Assembly (NCBI GenBank): GCA_945929845.1
Contig: CAMEON010000001.1
Span: forward strand, 134,374 to 198,373
Reading direction: 5' to 3'
Length of the DNA stretch: 64,000 nucleotides
DNA from: an uncultured Clostridia bacterium
GTDB taxonomy: Bacteria; Bacillota; Clostridia; Oscillospirales; CAG-272
Below are positions 44,717 through 55,618 of the stretch, piece by piece (within the stretch, counting starts at the first letter, position 1; each line of letters begins with the position of its first letter). The notes under the pieces were generated by a model. That model was given only the letters and a program-made list of their open reading frames with translations. It was not told where the DNA came from and searched no databases. Position numbers and translations under genes: made by a program.

Positions 44717-47700
44717 TTACACCTGCACAGGAATCGATTCGCCGAGTGCGACCGAGTAAATACAGGTTCTTATCCTGTCTGCCTCCAGCCCGTAGATCTC
44801 ACGCACCGCCGACACATACTGAGCAAGCTGGGCACCGTGGCGCTGGGACATATGCAGCCGGCACAGGGACGGGTCGGCACGCTCCTCGGCTGTCAGTCGG
44901 TCGGTCTTGTAATCGCAAAGCATCAGACTGCCGTCCGCATACTCACAGATCAGATCCACTGAGCCTTGTACATACAGCGTCCGTTCACCCAGTGCCGCTT
45001 TCAGTTCCGGGTTTTCGGTAAGAGTTGACAAAGGAAGGAAACGGTTGAACCGGAACTCCCGCCGAATGCGTGTCGCCCGCCTCACTTCCTCAAAGAAATG
45101 GCTCTTGAAAAAGGCGGCGATCTGCGTGCGATTGATCATATCGGCGGTGCGCCGGTTGATAAAGCCTTTCTCCTGCAAGCGGGAGATTTCTTGATCCACA
45201 CCATCCCTGAGAGCGGCATCCGTATCTTCATGAGACAGGCAGGCAGAAACCCGGTCAAAGTCGCAGAATTGCAGGAACAAATGGGTGGCAGTGCCCCGCT
45301 CGGCGGCAGTGGGTTTGCGTCCCTCGGCCATCAGTAGCTCCAGCTCATCCTGCCCTGCCGTTTCCATCAGGCGCAGGGATTCCCGGATGGCTGCGAGGGT
45401 CTGGGGGTCACACCCTGCGGCTCCCCGCTCGGATTCCGGTAGCTTGTCCTCATCCCCCACCGGCAGGTCAGAGGAAAAGAACACGCACCGATCCAGCATA
45501 TGATCCACCATACGGGAGGCCGGCACCTTGGTGGGGACGGAGCGGAGCAACGCTTCTATAGCTGTAGGAACCGGTGCCGTGGCCGCCAGGCGGCGGTAGT
45601 AGGCGGCTGTCTTGTCTGTGGTGTCCGCCCGGGTCAACGCCTGCTTGGGTAAAGGCTCTGCCGGAGTCACAGAGGACAAGGGAATCATATTCAGATTGGA
45701 GAAGGATGCCAAATGGGGATGAGCCTGCCAGGCGGCCGTGACCCACTGCATATACCGCCTACAGGAAAGGGTGGCGAACCTGTCCCCGGCGGAAAAGGCG
45801 GGAGGAAGTGTCTCACTTCCGGTACCGCACAGGTACAGCCGCTCCCTGGCCCGTGTCATAGCCACATACAGGATGCGCATCTCATCCTCCCTGTCATGGA
45901 GCCGGGAGGCCAGTGCCGAGACCCGCACAAGGGCTGTGGCATACTTGCGTCCCTCCTTACGGTCGAACAGCTTCATACCGATGCCGGTCTGCTTTTCAAA
46001 GAGCAGGTCTCCGCTCCCCTGGTTGCCGCCGAAGGGAGCACCGCATCGGATGACGAAACAGACCGGGAACTCCAACCCCTTGGCATGGTGGATGGTCATG
46101 ATGGAGATGTGTCCGCCACCCCCGGCGTCCCCCTCGGTAGGGCCGTCCTTGGCGGTCTCCAGCTTTTTCTCAAAGAACCGCAGGAACGCGTAAACCCCCA
46201 CGAAGGATCCGACCTTGCATGTGCGGGCCGAGTCATACAGGTAGAGGAAGGCTTTGGAGCGCCGGGCGGCTACACGCTTGTCCTGCCGGAGCAGGCGGAG
46301 GATGTGGTCGGCGGACAGCGTGGTACACAGCTCCCGGTAGGATTCCAGCCAGGTGACAAATGCCGTCACCCGCTCTGACAGTGCCGGGTCAGCCATCTCC
46401 GACCTGGGATAGGCCAGAAGTCCCTCATACAGGGAACCGGCTCCGGCACGCCGGAAGTCCACCAGCTCCTCCAGGGAGAATCCGGGGAAGGGCGCACGCA
46501 GAACCTCGGACAAGGGGCTGTCGCTGTCCGGATCGTCCAGCACCCGGAGCAGATTGACCAGATACTTCATGTCCGGCCCCCGTAGGATATTCTGCCCGGC
46601 CCGGTTGGCATCCAACTCCTCACAGCCGATGGGAAGTCCTTCCGCCGTCAGTGCCGCCGCCAGAGAAGCAAATCCGGTCTTGGAACGAACCAAAATAGCA
46701 ATATCCCCTGGGGTAATTGGGTCTCCGTTGGCTAGCGTGGAACCGGAGCGCAGAAGGTCGGCGATCCGGTTGGCTACATGTATGTACTCCGACCCGGCAT
46801 CCGCTTTTTCAACTTCATCCTCACCGCGGTTGCTGTCACTGCTCTCATAGGTGCTGTCGTCCTTCTCCTTGTACAGAATATCTATCTCCACCTGGGGAGA
46901 CTGATACCCCTCCTTTGGCGGCTTCTTGGCAAAGACCAGGTCATCCTCCGGCTGGTAGTTGACAGAGTCCGGACAGGCAGAGAAAATGTGCCCGCAGATG
47001 CCGTTGGTCACTTCTATCACCGACTGGTCACAGCGGAAATTCTCCGACATGAACAGGCTCCTGCCCCCGTCTTGAGCGTCGGCTTCGGTTTTCTCCTGTC
47101 CGGCATCAGCGACATGGGTTGCCTCCTCCCCCAATGGAGGAAAGAGTTGGCGATAACGGGCAAATACCGAGGGGTCTGCCCCCCTGAAGGTGTAGATGCT
47201 CTGCTTGATGTCTCCCACCATGAAGCGGTGGTCGCCGCCGGCCAGCCGGAAGATGGTGTCCTGTACCTCGTCCACATCCTGATACTCGTCTATGTAGACC
47301 TCGTCAAAATTGGCTCTGTACTCCTCAGCCAGTGCGCTGGGGCCACCGTCCGGCCCGGTCAACAGCTTGAGCAAATTCCGGCGGTTGTCTGTGAAATCGC
47401 AGATACCCCGCTGTCGCTTCTCGGCGGTCATGCGGGCATCGTAGGCGGTGAGAAAATCGTACAGCACCCGGCACATCAGGGCGGTTTGCTTCATGTCTGC
47501 GCTGATCTTCCCAGGGTCATCCGTGAAGTACACATCCCGGAACTTCTTCTTTATCTCGTCCGTGTACATCGCCCGGCGGGCTTTGAGGACTGCCATCTCC
47601 TCCCCAGCCCCCCGTAGAGGCTTGAGCGGCGGAGGCGCATAGGAGAGAAGCAGTTTCCGCACCCCATTGTATGTGTCAGTTTGGGAAAGCTGGCGGACAA

Positions 47701-48523
47701 ATTCCAGATCGTAGGCGAAAGATGAAGCATACGCCTTCACAGCCTTCAGATCAGAGCCGAGGGCGTGCAATGCTTTATCGAAAAAATCTTCCGCCGACAG
47801 CGTAAAATCCTGAAGCCAAGCACGCAATACCCGCCCGTGGTCAGAAGCGAAAAAGTCACCGTCTGCTTGGACTTCCAGTGTTTCGGCCTGCTTTTTCAGT
47901 CGTTCCAGCCCCTCCGGGTAAGTAAGCAATTTATCGTACAGCGCACGCAAAAGCTTTGGCAATCCTTCATCATTCCGGGCAGGGGTCAGAGCATCACACA
48001 GATCGGCGAAGGGATTGTCGGACAGCATAGAGAAAAGATCTCTCTCCCCTCCCGCTTCGGTGCTGGGGGCATACTTTTTGTAAAAGGCATCGATCAGCTC
48101 ATCCATGACCCGCTCGGAGAGGGGAGCCAGCTCCGCCTCATCGGCAATGCGGAAGGAGGCAGGCAGACCCGCTTCCGCAAAGTGCGCCCGCATCGGTTCC
48201 ATACAGAAGGCGTCAATGGTACTGATATGGGCGCTTCCCAGATCCAGAAGCTGTTTCTGCAAATGACGGTTGCGGGGCTCTTTGGACATGGCCTCGGTGA
48301 GAGCCTCGGAGATCCGCTGTTTTAGCTCGGCGGCGGCGGCCCGGGTGAAGGTGACGATCAACATCCGGGACAGCTCCGCCGGATGCTCCGGGTCGGTCAG
48401 CCTCCGGATGATCCGCTCGGTTAGCGTGGCGGTCTTACCTGACCCGGCGGCGGCGGAGACAAGCAGGGTATGTCCCCGGGCGTTCATAGCGGACAATTGG
48501 GCAGGCGTCCATTCCCGTGTCAT
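44717..48523 (-). CDS. addA: ATP-dependent helicase/nuclease subunit A
   Basis: UvrD-like motifs (AAAGSGKT, DEYQD) and a C-terminal RecB-type nuclease domain. ATG at 48523 follows RBS AAAGGAG. Confidence 0.9.
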   Translation of the reverse strand: MTREWTPAQLSAMNARGHTLLVSAAAGSGKTATLTERIIRRLTDPEHPAELSRMLIVTFTRAAAAELKQRISEALTEAMSKEPRNRHLQKQLLDLGSAHISTIDAFCMEPMRAHFAEAGLPASFRIADEAELAPLSERVMDELIDAFYKKYAPSTEAGGERDLFSMLSDNPFADLCDALTPARNDEGLPKLLRALYDKLLTYPEGLERLKKQAETLEVQADGDFFASDHGRVLRAWLQDFTLSAEDFFDKALHALGSDLKAVKAYASSFAYDLEFVRQLSQTDTYNGVRKLLLSYAPPPLKPLRGAGEEMAVLKARRAMYTDEIKKKFRDVYFTDDPGKISADMKQTALMCRVLYDFLTAYDARMTAEKRQRGICDFTDNRRNLLKLLTGPDGGPSALAEEYRANFDEVYIDEYQDVDEVQDTIFRLAGGDHRFMVGDIKQSIYTFRGADPSVFARYRQLFPPLGEEATHVADAGQEKTEADAQDGGRSLFMSENFRCDQSVIEVTNGICGHIFSACPDSVNYQPEDDLVFAKKPPKEGYQSPQVEIDILYKEKDDSTYESSDSNRGEDEVEKADAGSEYIHVANRIADLLRSGSTLANGDPITPGDIAILVRSKTGFASLAAALTAEGLPIGCEELDANRAGQNILRGPDMKYLVNLLRVLDDPDSDSPLSEVLRAPFPGFSLEELVDFRRAGAGSLYEGLLAYPRSEMADPALSERVTAFVTWLESYRELCTTLSADHILRLLRQDKRVAARRSKAFLYLYDSARTCKVGSFVGVYAFLRFFEKKLETAKDGPTEGDAGGGGHISIMTIHHAKGLEFPVCFVIRCGAPFGGNQGSGDLLFEKQTGIGMKLFDRKEGRKYATALVRVSALASRLHDREDEMRILYVAMTRARERLYLCGTGSETLPPAFSAGDRFATLSCRRYMQWVTAAWQAHPHLASFSNLNMIPLSSVTPAEPLPKQALTRADTTDKTAAYYRRLAATAPVPTAIEALLRSVPTKVPASRMVDHMLDRCVFFSSDLPVGDEDKLPESERGAAGCDPQTLAAIRESLRLMETAGQDELELLMAEGRKPTAAERGTATHLFLQFCDFDRVSACLSHEDTDAALRDGVDQEISRLQEKGFINRRTADMINRTQIAAFFKSHFFEEVRRATRIRREFRFNRFLPLSTLTENPELKAALGERTLYVQGSVDLICEYADGSLMLCDYKTDRLTAEERADPSLCRLHMSQRHGAQLAQYVSAVREIYGLEADRIRTCIYSVALGESIPVQV

Positions 48524-48541
48524 GATGATCACTCCTTTCCT

Positions 48542-51500
48542 TTACCTGTCGGTGTATTCAGCCAGAGGACAGCTTGTCCGCACGGCGCAGAAACGACATG
48601 CTTCCTGCCCCGGCGTCCTTGCGGCGCTTCCTTGGTACATGGCGCTTGCTACTTCCCGGATGGCGGATTGGATCTCCTGATCCAGGAGGGCCATATGCTC
48701 TGTGGAACAAAGAGCCGCCCCCTTCAGCTCCCCGGTTCTGGTATCCCGCTTGACCCCAGGCAAATAATCCGTGTCAAGGTCGGCACTGGCCGCCCGGAGA
48801 ACCTCCTGCTCGTTGATGATCAGCCCACTGCGGACGGGGGAAACGCTTCCATCCGCAGGTGACTCCGTGGGGCTGAGGTACAGAACCTCCGCCGGGAGCA
48901 CCGCCTTGGGCAACCTTCCCTCCCTGTCGGCAAACAATCCCCGGTTGCGGGGGGCGCACAGAGTGAACAGGTAGAGCAGGAGCTGGACATTCATATCCTC
49001 AAACATCTTCTTTTCGGAGAAGATATGGCAGGAGGACTTGTAGTCTATGACCCGGATGTAGGCAATATCCCCCTCCCGGAAAACATCCACCCGGTCGATC
49101 TTGCCGCCCATCAGGATGTTGACGGTCTGATGCTCCTCCTGCGGCAGAGGAAGCGGGCCATCCGGCAGATCCAGCGGGATCACCATGGGCTGTGGGTCTC
49201 CGGGTCTTCGCCCTCGGGTGTCCCACTCCGAGGCGATGGGCAGGAAGGAACCCTGCTCCAATTCCCTCTGTACCGACCGGACAAGGACAAGGGTGATGCT
49301 TCGCAGGCGGGCGAACAGATGCAGCAATCTGCCGTTCCCCTCAATATCCCCGCACAGGCTGTATATATAGTCTGTCATGATACGGTCGGCGATGCGGTCT
49401 ATCTCCTCCTCTGTCATGTGGCGTATCTGCCCTTCCTCGTCCACCGTCTCCCCGAGGAATACCTCCATCACATGGTGCAGGAAGTTGCCGGAGGAAAGGC
49501 TGTCCATGCGTGCCACGGTCTTCTCCCGCAGGCGCAGGACATGCTCGGTGTAGAACCGATAGGGACAACGGGCAAAGGCTTGCAGACTGGTGTGGGAGAG
49601 CCAGACATTCTCCCCCAGTACCCTGCGGGCGGCATCCGGCGTGATGCTGTCATTATCCGGCGGCGTGTATGGCTGGGCGTCCTGCGCATCTTCAAGGTAA
49701 GCGGCGGAGAAACGGATGGGTTCCAGGTAAGGGAACAGGTACAGCACCCGGGTATAGGCCGCCGAGGGAGCTTTGGCACTGCCATCCGGCGAGGATGTGT
49801 GGGTGAAGAGCAACAGTTCCTTGGCTGGCTTGGTCATGGCACGGTACACATAGAGCAGTTCTTCCGAGGCAAGCCGTGAGACCCGGGTGTCAAACTGGAT
49901 GCCCAGGGAGGAGAGCGTCTCCTTATCCTGTTCTGTCAGAAGACCGGCATCGGACACCGCGCGAGGAAATTCGCCCTCGCACAGCCCCAACATCAGCATG
50001 GCCTGCACATTCTCCAGCCGCACGGTGTCGGCAGATCCTACCGTCACGCAGTCATGCCGGGCGGGAACCGCCCCGATGTCGGTCTCTTCAAAGACCAGCG
50101 ACAGAGCCGCCGACAGGTCATCACAGGTCAGGGGGCCACCCTCCTCTCCGGCAGGCAGTAGCGTGGCAATGTCAGAAAGAGTGGATGTCAGGAAGCTCCA
50201 AAGCCGGACAGTCTCTCCGGCTTCCCGATGCTTGCCGAGGCCAAGCAGTGTCCTTGCCTTGTCGGACAGTTGTTCCTTAACCGACAGGTCACAAAGGTAA
50301 GCGAACAGTGCCCGGCACTGGTCGGCAGTATCGCTGGCCAGGGCAAGGCGGTTTTCCAGCGTCACAAGGGGAGGGATGACTGCCTCTCTGACCCGGTTGG
50401 CCGCCTCCAGGATCTGCTTCCCCCGGGGGGACAACTGGGTGGTGTAGCCATCCGGATTCCTGTTGAAGGGACCATACTTCATCTGCTCGCCCCGGATGCG
50501 CCAGGTTTCGGTATAGTCTGCAAAGCAATCCAGATCCGCAAGGGACACCCGGCAAAGGCCGGTCTTGCAGAGAGAGATCACATCATCGGTCTGATACCCC
50601 CTGCGGATACAACGCAGGGCGGTCAGGAGCAGTCTTGCCGCCGGTCTGTCGCACAACCCACGCCGTTCGGAAAGGAAGTAGGGAATGTGAGCCTGCTCCA
50701 GGGCGGCATCCACCACGCCCCGCCACTGCTCCGTGTCCCGCACCACCAGTGCGATCTGCCCATAGGGTATACCGCTGTTGTGCAGCTCCCCGATGTGAAG
50801 GGCTACCGCCTGAGCTTCTTCATACAGATTGGGCGCAGTGATGAGCCGGACGGCCCCCCGGCCCTCCTCCGGGGGGATCCACCGTTCCTCCGGCGTCAGC
50901 CCGAACTGCCAAAGCTCCTGCTCCAGTGCCAACAGCTCCGGAGCCTGGGTGCGCCAGGGTTTGGAAAGGATCTCATCATCCCAAGTCTGATCCATGTCCT
51001 CGCACAGGCGGGTCAGCCGGAGAAGCGTGTCCCGTATACTCTCAAAGGGCAGATCCTGCTCCCTGCGCCCCGCCGCACTCACGGTGATGGTCACTTCCTC
51101 TGCTTGCGCCAGCAACGGGCGGAGCAGGGCATACTCCTGAGCCGTAAAGCTGGTAAAGCCGTCCAAATATACCGAAGCACCCTCAAAAAAGCCATGTTTG
51201 GCCGCCATGGAAGCCGTGCGGATCAGACGGTCGGAGGGGTTGTCGCCGCAGATCTCCTGAACCAGCCCGTCATAGGCAGAGCAGACCAGGGCAATATCCC
51301 TCAATTTGGCCCGCAGGGGACTGCTTTTTCCCAGCCGGGCGGCCGCCGCCTCCAGCTGGGTGGGGGTGATCACATTGCAGGACAGCTCCACGGTCATAGC
51401 CAGCATCAGCCGGCAGAGGGAGGTGTCGTCCCCTTGGGCGGTATTGTATGTCTCCAGAACCCCCCGTAGCTCCCGCAGATTGCGCCACATCAGGAGCAGG

Positions 51501-51772
51501 GAGGATGCCCGGGACAGCGACCCAAAGGTACGGCCGCCGTACCTGTCAGCCATCATGTCGCAAAGGCGGGAAAAGCTGACCACGGCGGCCGGATGCACCC
51601 GCCCGACTCCGGGAGGCAGGGTGGGGAGTACACTGCGTTCGGCGGTGTAGACAGACTGTTCAGGCACAATGAGGTACACAGGCCGCTCTCCGGCGGCGGC
51701 CTCATCCCGGAAACGGCAGGCCACGGTGTGTGTTTTCCCGGTGCCGGGCTTACCAAAGAGAAAATGAACCAT
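48542..51772 (-). CDS. addB: ATP-dependent helicase/nuclease subunit B
   Basis: N-terminal GKPGTGKTH and a C-terminal nuclease domain with a Cys cluster (...CRFCAVRTSC). It lies directly upstream of addA. Confidence 0.9.
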   Translation of the reverse strand: MVHFLFGKPGTGKTHTVACRFRDEAAAGERPVYLIVPEQSVYTAERSVLPTLPPGVGRVHPAAVVSFSRLCDMMADRYGGRTFGSLSRASSLLLMWRNLRELRGVLETYNTAQGDDTSLCRLMLAMTVELSCNVITPTQLEAAAARLGKSSPLRAKLRDIALVCSAYDGLVQEICGDNPSDRLIRTASMAAKHGFFEGASVYLDGFTSFTAQEYALLRPLLAQAEEVTITVSAAGRREQDLPFESIRDTLLRLTRLCEDMDQTWDDEILSKPWRTQAPELLALEQELWQFGLTPEERWIPPEEGRGAVRLITAPNLYEEAQAVALHIGELHNSGIPYGQIALVVRDTEQWRGVVDAALEQAHIPYFLSERRGLCDRPAARLLLTALRCIRRGYQTDDVISLCKTGLCRVSLADLDCFADYTETWRIRGEQMKYGPFNRNPDGYTTQLSPRGKQILEAANRVREAVIPPLVTLENRLALASDTADQCRALFAYLCDLSVKEQLSDKARTLLGLGKHREAGETVRLWSFLTSTLSDIATLLPAGEEGGPLTCDDLSAALSLVFEETDIGAVPARHDCVTVGSADTVRLENVQAMLMLGLCEGEFPRAVSDAGLLTEQDKETLSSLGIQFDTRVSRLASEELLYVYRAMTKPAKELLLFTHTSSPDGSAKAPSAAYTRVLYLFPYLEPIRFSAAYLEDAQDAQPYTPPDNDSITPDAARRVLGENVWLSHTSLQAFARCPYRFYTEHVLRLREKTVARMDSLSSGNFLHHVMEVFLGETVDEEGQIRHMTEEEIDRIADRIMTDYIYSLCGDIEGNGRLLHLFARLRSITLVLVRSVQRELEQGSFLPIASEWDTRGRRPGDPQPMVIPLDLPDGPLPLPQEEHQTVNILMGGKIDRVDVFREGDIAYIRVIDYKSSCHIFSEKKMFEDMNVQLLLYLFTLCAPRNRGLFADREGRLPKAVLPAEVLYLSPTESPADGSVSPVRSGLIINEQEVLRAASADLDTDYLPGVKRDTRTGELKGAALCSTEHMALLDQEIQSAIREVASAMYQGSAARTPGQEACRFCAVRTSCPLAEYTDR

Positions 51773-51799
51773 GGGGTACTCCTTCCTGCGACATAAGAA

Positions 51800-52690
51800 T
51801 CAGTCTTCAGGGTGCGATTCCTGCCCGTATTTTAACATGAGATTCCTCCTGACGACAGCCCGTCCCCGCCAGGCAAAGGCACGGTCGGAAAAGTCTCTGT
51901 CCGACATCTGATCCAGTTCGTCCAGTGTCAGCGCAGGCAACCGCTTCTCTCTGAAAAAGGGAATGGGTGTGTCGTGTGTCCCGGTCAACACCGCCTTGTT
52001 GAGAGGACAGACCATCTGGCAGGTATCACAGCCCCAGACCAGCGGGTGATTCCGGAGGGTTACTTCCTCGTCCGGGGTCAGTTCCCCCTTTTTCTGCGTC
52101 AGAGCGGAAAGACACCCGTCCATGTGTCCCTTCGTGCAGTGCCCCGGGCATAGAGCCGTACAGGCACCGCATCCCATACAGTGTCTTACCTCCCCGGAGG
52201 GCTTGTCACCCTCCGCCCGCCCGGTGGTTTCCGTCCAACCGGCGCTGGTGACGATCTCTGCCACGAAAATGAAACTGCCATACATCGGCGTGATGAGCAG
52301 ACCGTTCTCCCCGATGACCCCCAGCCCAGCCCGGGCGGCTCCCTCCACCTCAGCCAATGGGGAATGGTCGGAGAAAAGGGCAAAGCGATATTGGGGGAAT
52401 GCCTGTTCCAGAGCGGGCAGTACCGTATCAGAGAGTTGGCGGATGTACAGGTGGTAATCCCGGGGGACAGCATACAGGGACAGGTTCCGGGACGGGAGGC
52501 CGGCATCCGATGCGACAAGATACGGCACCGCAAAGAAGAGAGCGGTGCCGCTTGTAGGAATAGCGTGTTTTTCAAGCAGGTACGGGCGAACCAGACGGCA
52601 GGAGGACAGGGGCAGGGCGGCGCAGTCACAGTGAAGCAGGGCGGACACCCTTTCCAGAAGAGTCATTTCGGGCAATGCCTCCTTACTCAT
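51800..52690 (-). CDS. QueG-like epoxyqueuosine reductase family 4Fe-4S protein (short form)
   Basis: CMGCGACTALCP and WGCDTCQMVCPLN ferredoxin motifs after a DUF1730-like N-terminal region. Confidence 0.65.
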   Translation of the reverse strand: MSKEALPEMTLLERVSALLHCDCAALPLSSCRLVRPYLLEKHAIPTSGTALFFAVPYLVASDAGLPSRNLSLYAVPRDYHLYIRQLSDTVLPALEQAFPQYRFALFSDHSPLAEVEGAARAGLGVIGENGLLITPMYGSFIFVAEIVTSAGWTETTGRAEGDKPSGEVRHCMGCGACTALCPGHCTKGHMDGCLSALTQKKGELTPDEEVTLRNHPLVWGCDTCQMVCPLNKAVLTGTHDTPIPFFREKRLPALTLDELDQMSDRDFSDRAFAWRGRAVVRRNLMLKYGQESHPED

Positions 52691-52706
52691 ACCGTGCTTT
52701 GCCTCC

Positions 52707-53498
52707 TTAATACTTCTCCACCGGGTAGAGGATCTTCAACTGATTGAGCTTGCTCTGGTAGGCGGCCTGCTGTTTCTCCTGGGTCAGCTGACGGTACAGC
52801 TCACCCCGCACCTCCCGGTAGCTCATGGGAGCGGCAGGATTCTTCTTGTTCAGACGGATCAGGTGGTAACCGAACTGGGTCTTGACAGGGTCAGACAACT
52901 GACCCTCCTCCATGGAAAACACAGCCTGGTCAAACTCCGGCACCATCTGTCCCCTGGAGAAGTCACCAAGACTGCCACCCTCGGCGGAAGACGGGCAGGT
53001 GGAGTGCTTGCGGGCGGCATCCTCGAAGCTGATCTCTCCGGATTGGATGGCGGCCTTGATCTCCTTCGCCTTTTCCTCGGAATCCACCAGGATGTGGCTG
53101 GCGTTGACGGTCTCCCCGGCATCCAGCTCCTCCTTGTGGGTGTCGTAGTAAGCCCGCACCTCCTCCTCGCTCACACGGACGCTCTCCACACACTTGGAGA
53201 TGGCATACTCCATGAGAAGCTGTTCCTTGATGGAGGCAAGTTGTTCCTTGAAGGCCGGCTCACGCTCGTACAGATTGCGCTGAGCATCCATGAGGAAGAG
53301 CCGCTGGGCGATCAGCTGTTCCAGGACGGCGGCCCGACCCTGGGGGTTGTTGTATGCCTGACCCTGTTGACCCATAGCCTGAATGAAGCGGGTCACGTCC
53401 TGATCAGTGATGGGTTTGCCGCCCACCTGGGCCAGCACCCGGCCGCCTGCCGGATTGCTCATACTGTTCCCGAAGCTGCCGGGAGTTAAGATAGCCAT
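52707..53498 (-). CDS. parvulin-type peptidyl-prolyl isomerase (PrsA/SurA-like), no obvious signal peptide
   Basis: ASHILV...GGSLGDFSRGQMVPEFD...GYHLIRL PpiC domain. The N-terminus MAILTPGSFGNSMSNPAGG is not hydrophobic. Confidence 0.85.
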   Translation of the reverse strand: MAILTPGSFGNSMSNPAGGRVLAQVGGKPITDQDVTRFIQAMGQQGQAYNNPQGRAAVLEQLIAQRLFLMDAQRNLYEREPAFKEQLASIKEQLLMEYAISKCVESVRVSEEEVRAYYDTHKEELDAGETVNASHILVDSEEKAKEIKAAIQSGEISFEDAARKHSTCPSSAEGGSLGDFSRGQMVPEFDQAVFSMEEGQLSDPVKTQFGYHLIRLNKKNPAAPMSYREVRGELYRQLTQEKQQAAYQSKLNQLKILYPVEKY

Positions 53499-53577
53499 AT
53501 GTTTTCTCTCCTTGATTGCGTATTCATTTTCTTTTATTCAGTATATCACATTTTCTTGCAAAAAGCAAGAGGTATCG

Positions 53578-55563
53578 TCATTTCTGTTTGCGCTTCCCCG
53601 GCACATTCATGCGGAAGTCGAACTGCCTCGGCACCTCAACCGCATCCGGATCAAAGGGAGTACCGGAGGACTCGGCCCGATACCGGGCGATCTCGATGTA
53701 CAGATTGGTCAGGGAAATCTCTCCTTCCCGGATGTCCGTGATAGAAAGACCGCCGTCCCGGAAGAGCACCGCCTCGGCCTGGTCAACCTGACCGGAACGG
53801 AGCAGGGCAAAGGCGTAATACAGGGACACCCGTCCGTCCCTGCGCACCGGCTCCGGGGCGGATGCATAGGCGTCCAGAATGTCCTGGTACAGCCCGGCAC
53901 CAATGGCCATGGAGAAGGTCTGCCTTGTCAGGGACACATCCTCCGGCAACAACCGGGTGGCAGAAAGGGCTGTCAGGGCGGCTGTCCGTCCATCTCCCCG
54001 CAGTCGTTCTACCTGAGAACGGATGAAAAGTGCGGTAGGGGTCGTACGGAAGGAAAGTGCCTTTTCAATGGCTTCTGCTCCCTCACGCACACGGCGGGAG
54101 GCAAGGTATATGGCGGACAGGTGCAGGTACTTTTCATGGCTGTCGGGAGAAGCTTCCAGGAGAGCCGTCCATTCATCCTGAAGCATCCAGGAAACAGGCG
54201 GCTTGTCTGAAGGATCCCCCGGCAGGGCACCGTCCTCCAACAAACGAAGCCAGGGGATCTGCTCGTCACCGGTGCTTCCGAAATCCAGATGCGGGCACAG
54301 GAGCGGTTCACCGGCCTTCTCCCGGCGCAGGTTTTCCAGTCGACCCCAACCGGAGCCGCAACATACCGTGCGGTCTGCCGGACGGAGAGCCATGGGCTTG
54401 GTCTCTGCAAGCAGGGACTCCATTTTCTCCGCCGTAATCAGCTGATCCAGCCGAGCCTGTACTTCCCGCCGGGCTTCCGCCCAGTCTCCGTGTACCCTGT
54501 CCGGGTCAGCGGTCATAGCGCCGTACCCCTCCAGCCACTCCCAGGCGGTCAGCGGCGGCATGGGGAGACATTCATACTGGGTGTGAGCCAGCCCGGCCTG
54601 TATTTCCACATACCGGCCATTTTCCCCATCGGCGGTAAGGAACTCCTGCCAGCGGGAGCCGCCCTCCCCCTGACCCCAGACGAACAGCTTCCGCCCCTGT
54701 AGGCGACTGGTGGAGGTCTGGAAAAATCCGTACCCGTCCGCTCCCAAATGGGCGGTGTACTTCCGGGAGGCATCGGGAATCTTCCAGAAGTAGTCAATGG
54801 CTACCGGGTTGTTGGTCGGATAGGTGATGTCGATCCCCTCAAAGACAGGCACCGGGTTCTTGCCCACCATACCGCCCCGGTTGTTGTAGGTCACGGTGGC
54901 ATCAATGACATTCCGGGCGGCCTTATCCTCACGGACGGCCATGTTGGTCCACCAGTACATGGGCACGGTGACACGGTTAGGATTGACGATCCGCATCCGT
55001 CCGAACAGCAGTCTGGAATCCTCGGGAAGGAAGAAATCCATCTGGTACACGCACCGCCGGATCCGCTCGAATTCATACATCCGGAGCACTGGTGTACCGT
55101 CATTCAGGTGAGTCTCCTGGGCGAATAGCTGGGAGCAGGTAAAGGGGTGGTGTCCTACCATGCCGCAATTGAATTCGATCCCTCCGGCCAGCCAGGCGTT
55201 GCGGACAGCTAAATTGCAGGGGCGCACAATGGGGTTGGTGTACAGCAGATCCCGCCCGGCTTCCTTATCGTAGAGAGACCACAGACGGCCTCCCAGGGCC
55301 GGGATGAACACCGCCTTCAGATACTTGTTCTCCAGAATCACGCCAAGGTAAGGGGTGAGCGCATCGGCACGGTCATACAGATCCTGCATCCGGTAGGGAA
55401 ACAGGGAAGGGAGGAAGCCATATCCGACGAACAGCCCATCGTCCTCATCCAACGACGATCGGGTCAGGCCCTGTACATTGGACATTTCATAGATGGAGGG
55501 CAGCGTGGACTCACCATTCAAATGGGCGGAAGGGAGAAGAATCTCTTGAAGTTTGAGGCTCAT
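53578..55563 (-). CDS. DUF5107-like protein with a C-terminal TPR-like region
   Basis: 661 aa from the ATG at 55563 (RBS AAAGGAA). The family call rests on my recollection of the DUF5107 layout. The C-terminus is helical-repeat-like. Confidence 0.55.
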   Translation of the reverse strand: MSLKLQEILLPSAHLNGESTLPSIYEMSNVQGLTRSSLDEDDGLFVGYGFLPSLFPYRMQDLYDRADALTPYLGVILENKYLKAVFIPALGGRLWSLYDKEAGRDLLYTNPIVRPCNLAVRNAWLAGGIEFNCGMVGHHPFTCSQLFAQETHLNDGTPVLRMYEFERIRRCVYQMDFFLPEDSRLLFGRMRIVNPNRVTVPMYWWTNMAVREDKAARNVIDATVTYNNRGGMVGKNPVPVFEGIDITYPTNNPVAIDYFWKIPDASRKYTAHLGADGYGFFQTSTSRLQGRKLFVWGQGEGGSRWQEFLTADGENGRYVEIQAGLAHTQYECLPMPPLTAWEWLEGYGAMTADPDRVHGDWAEARREVQARLDQLITAEKMESLLAETKPMALRPADRTVCCGSGWGRLENLRREKAGEPLLCPHLDFGSTGDEQIPWLRLLEDGALPGDPSDKPPVSWMLQDEWTALLEASPDSHEKYLHLSAIYLASRRVREGAEAIEKALSFRTTPTALFIRSQVERLRGDGRTAALTALSATRLLPEDVSLTRQTFSMAIGAGLYQDILDAYASAPEPVRRDGRVSLYYAFALLRSGQVDQAEAVLFRDGGLSITDIREGEISLTNLYIEIARYRAESSGTPFDPDAVEVPRQFDFRMNVPGKRKQK

Positions 55564-55618
55564 GGCATAAATTCCTTTCTCTTTTGCGTTATTTGACTTT
55601 GTGTTGGTTGCGACCTGC

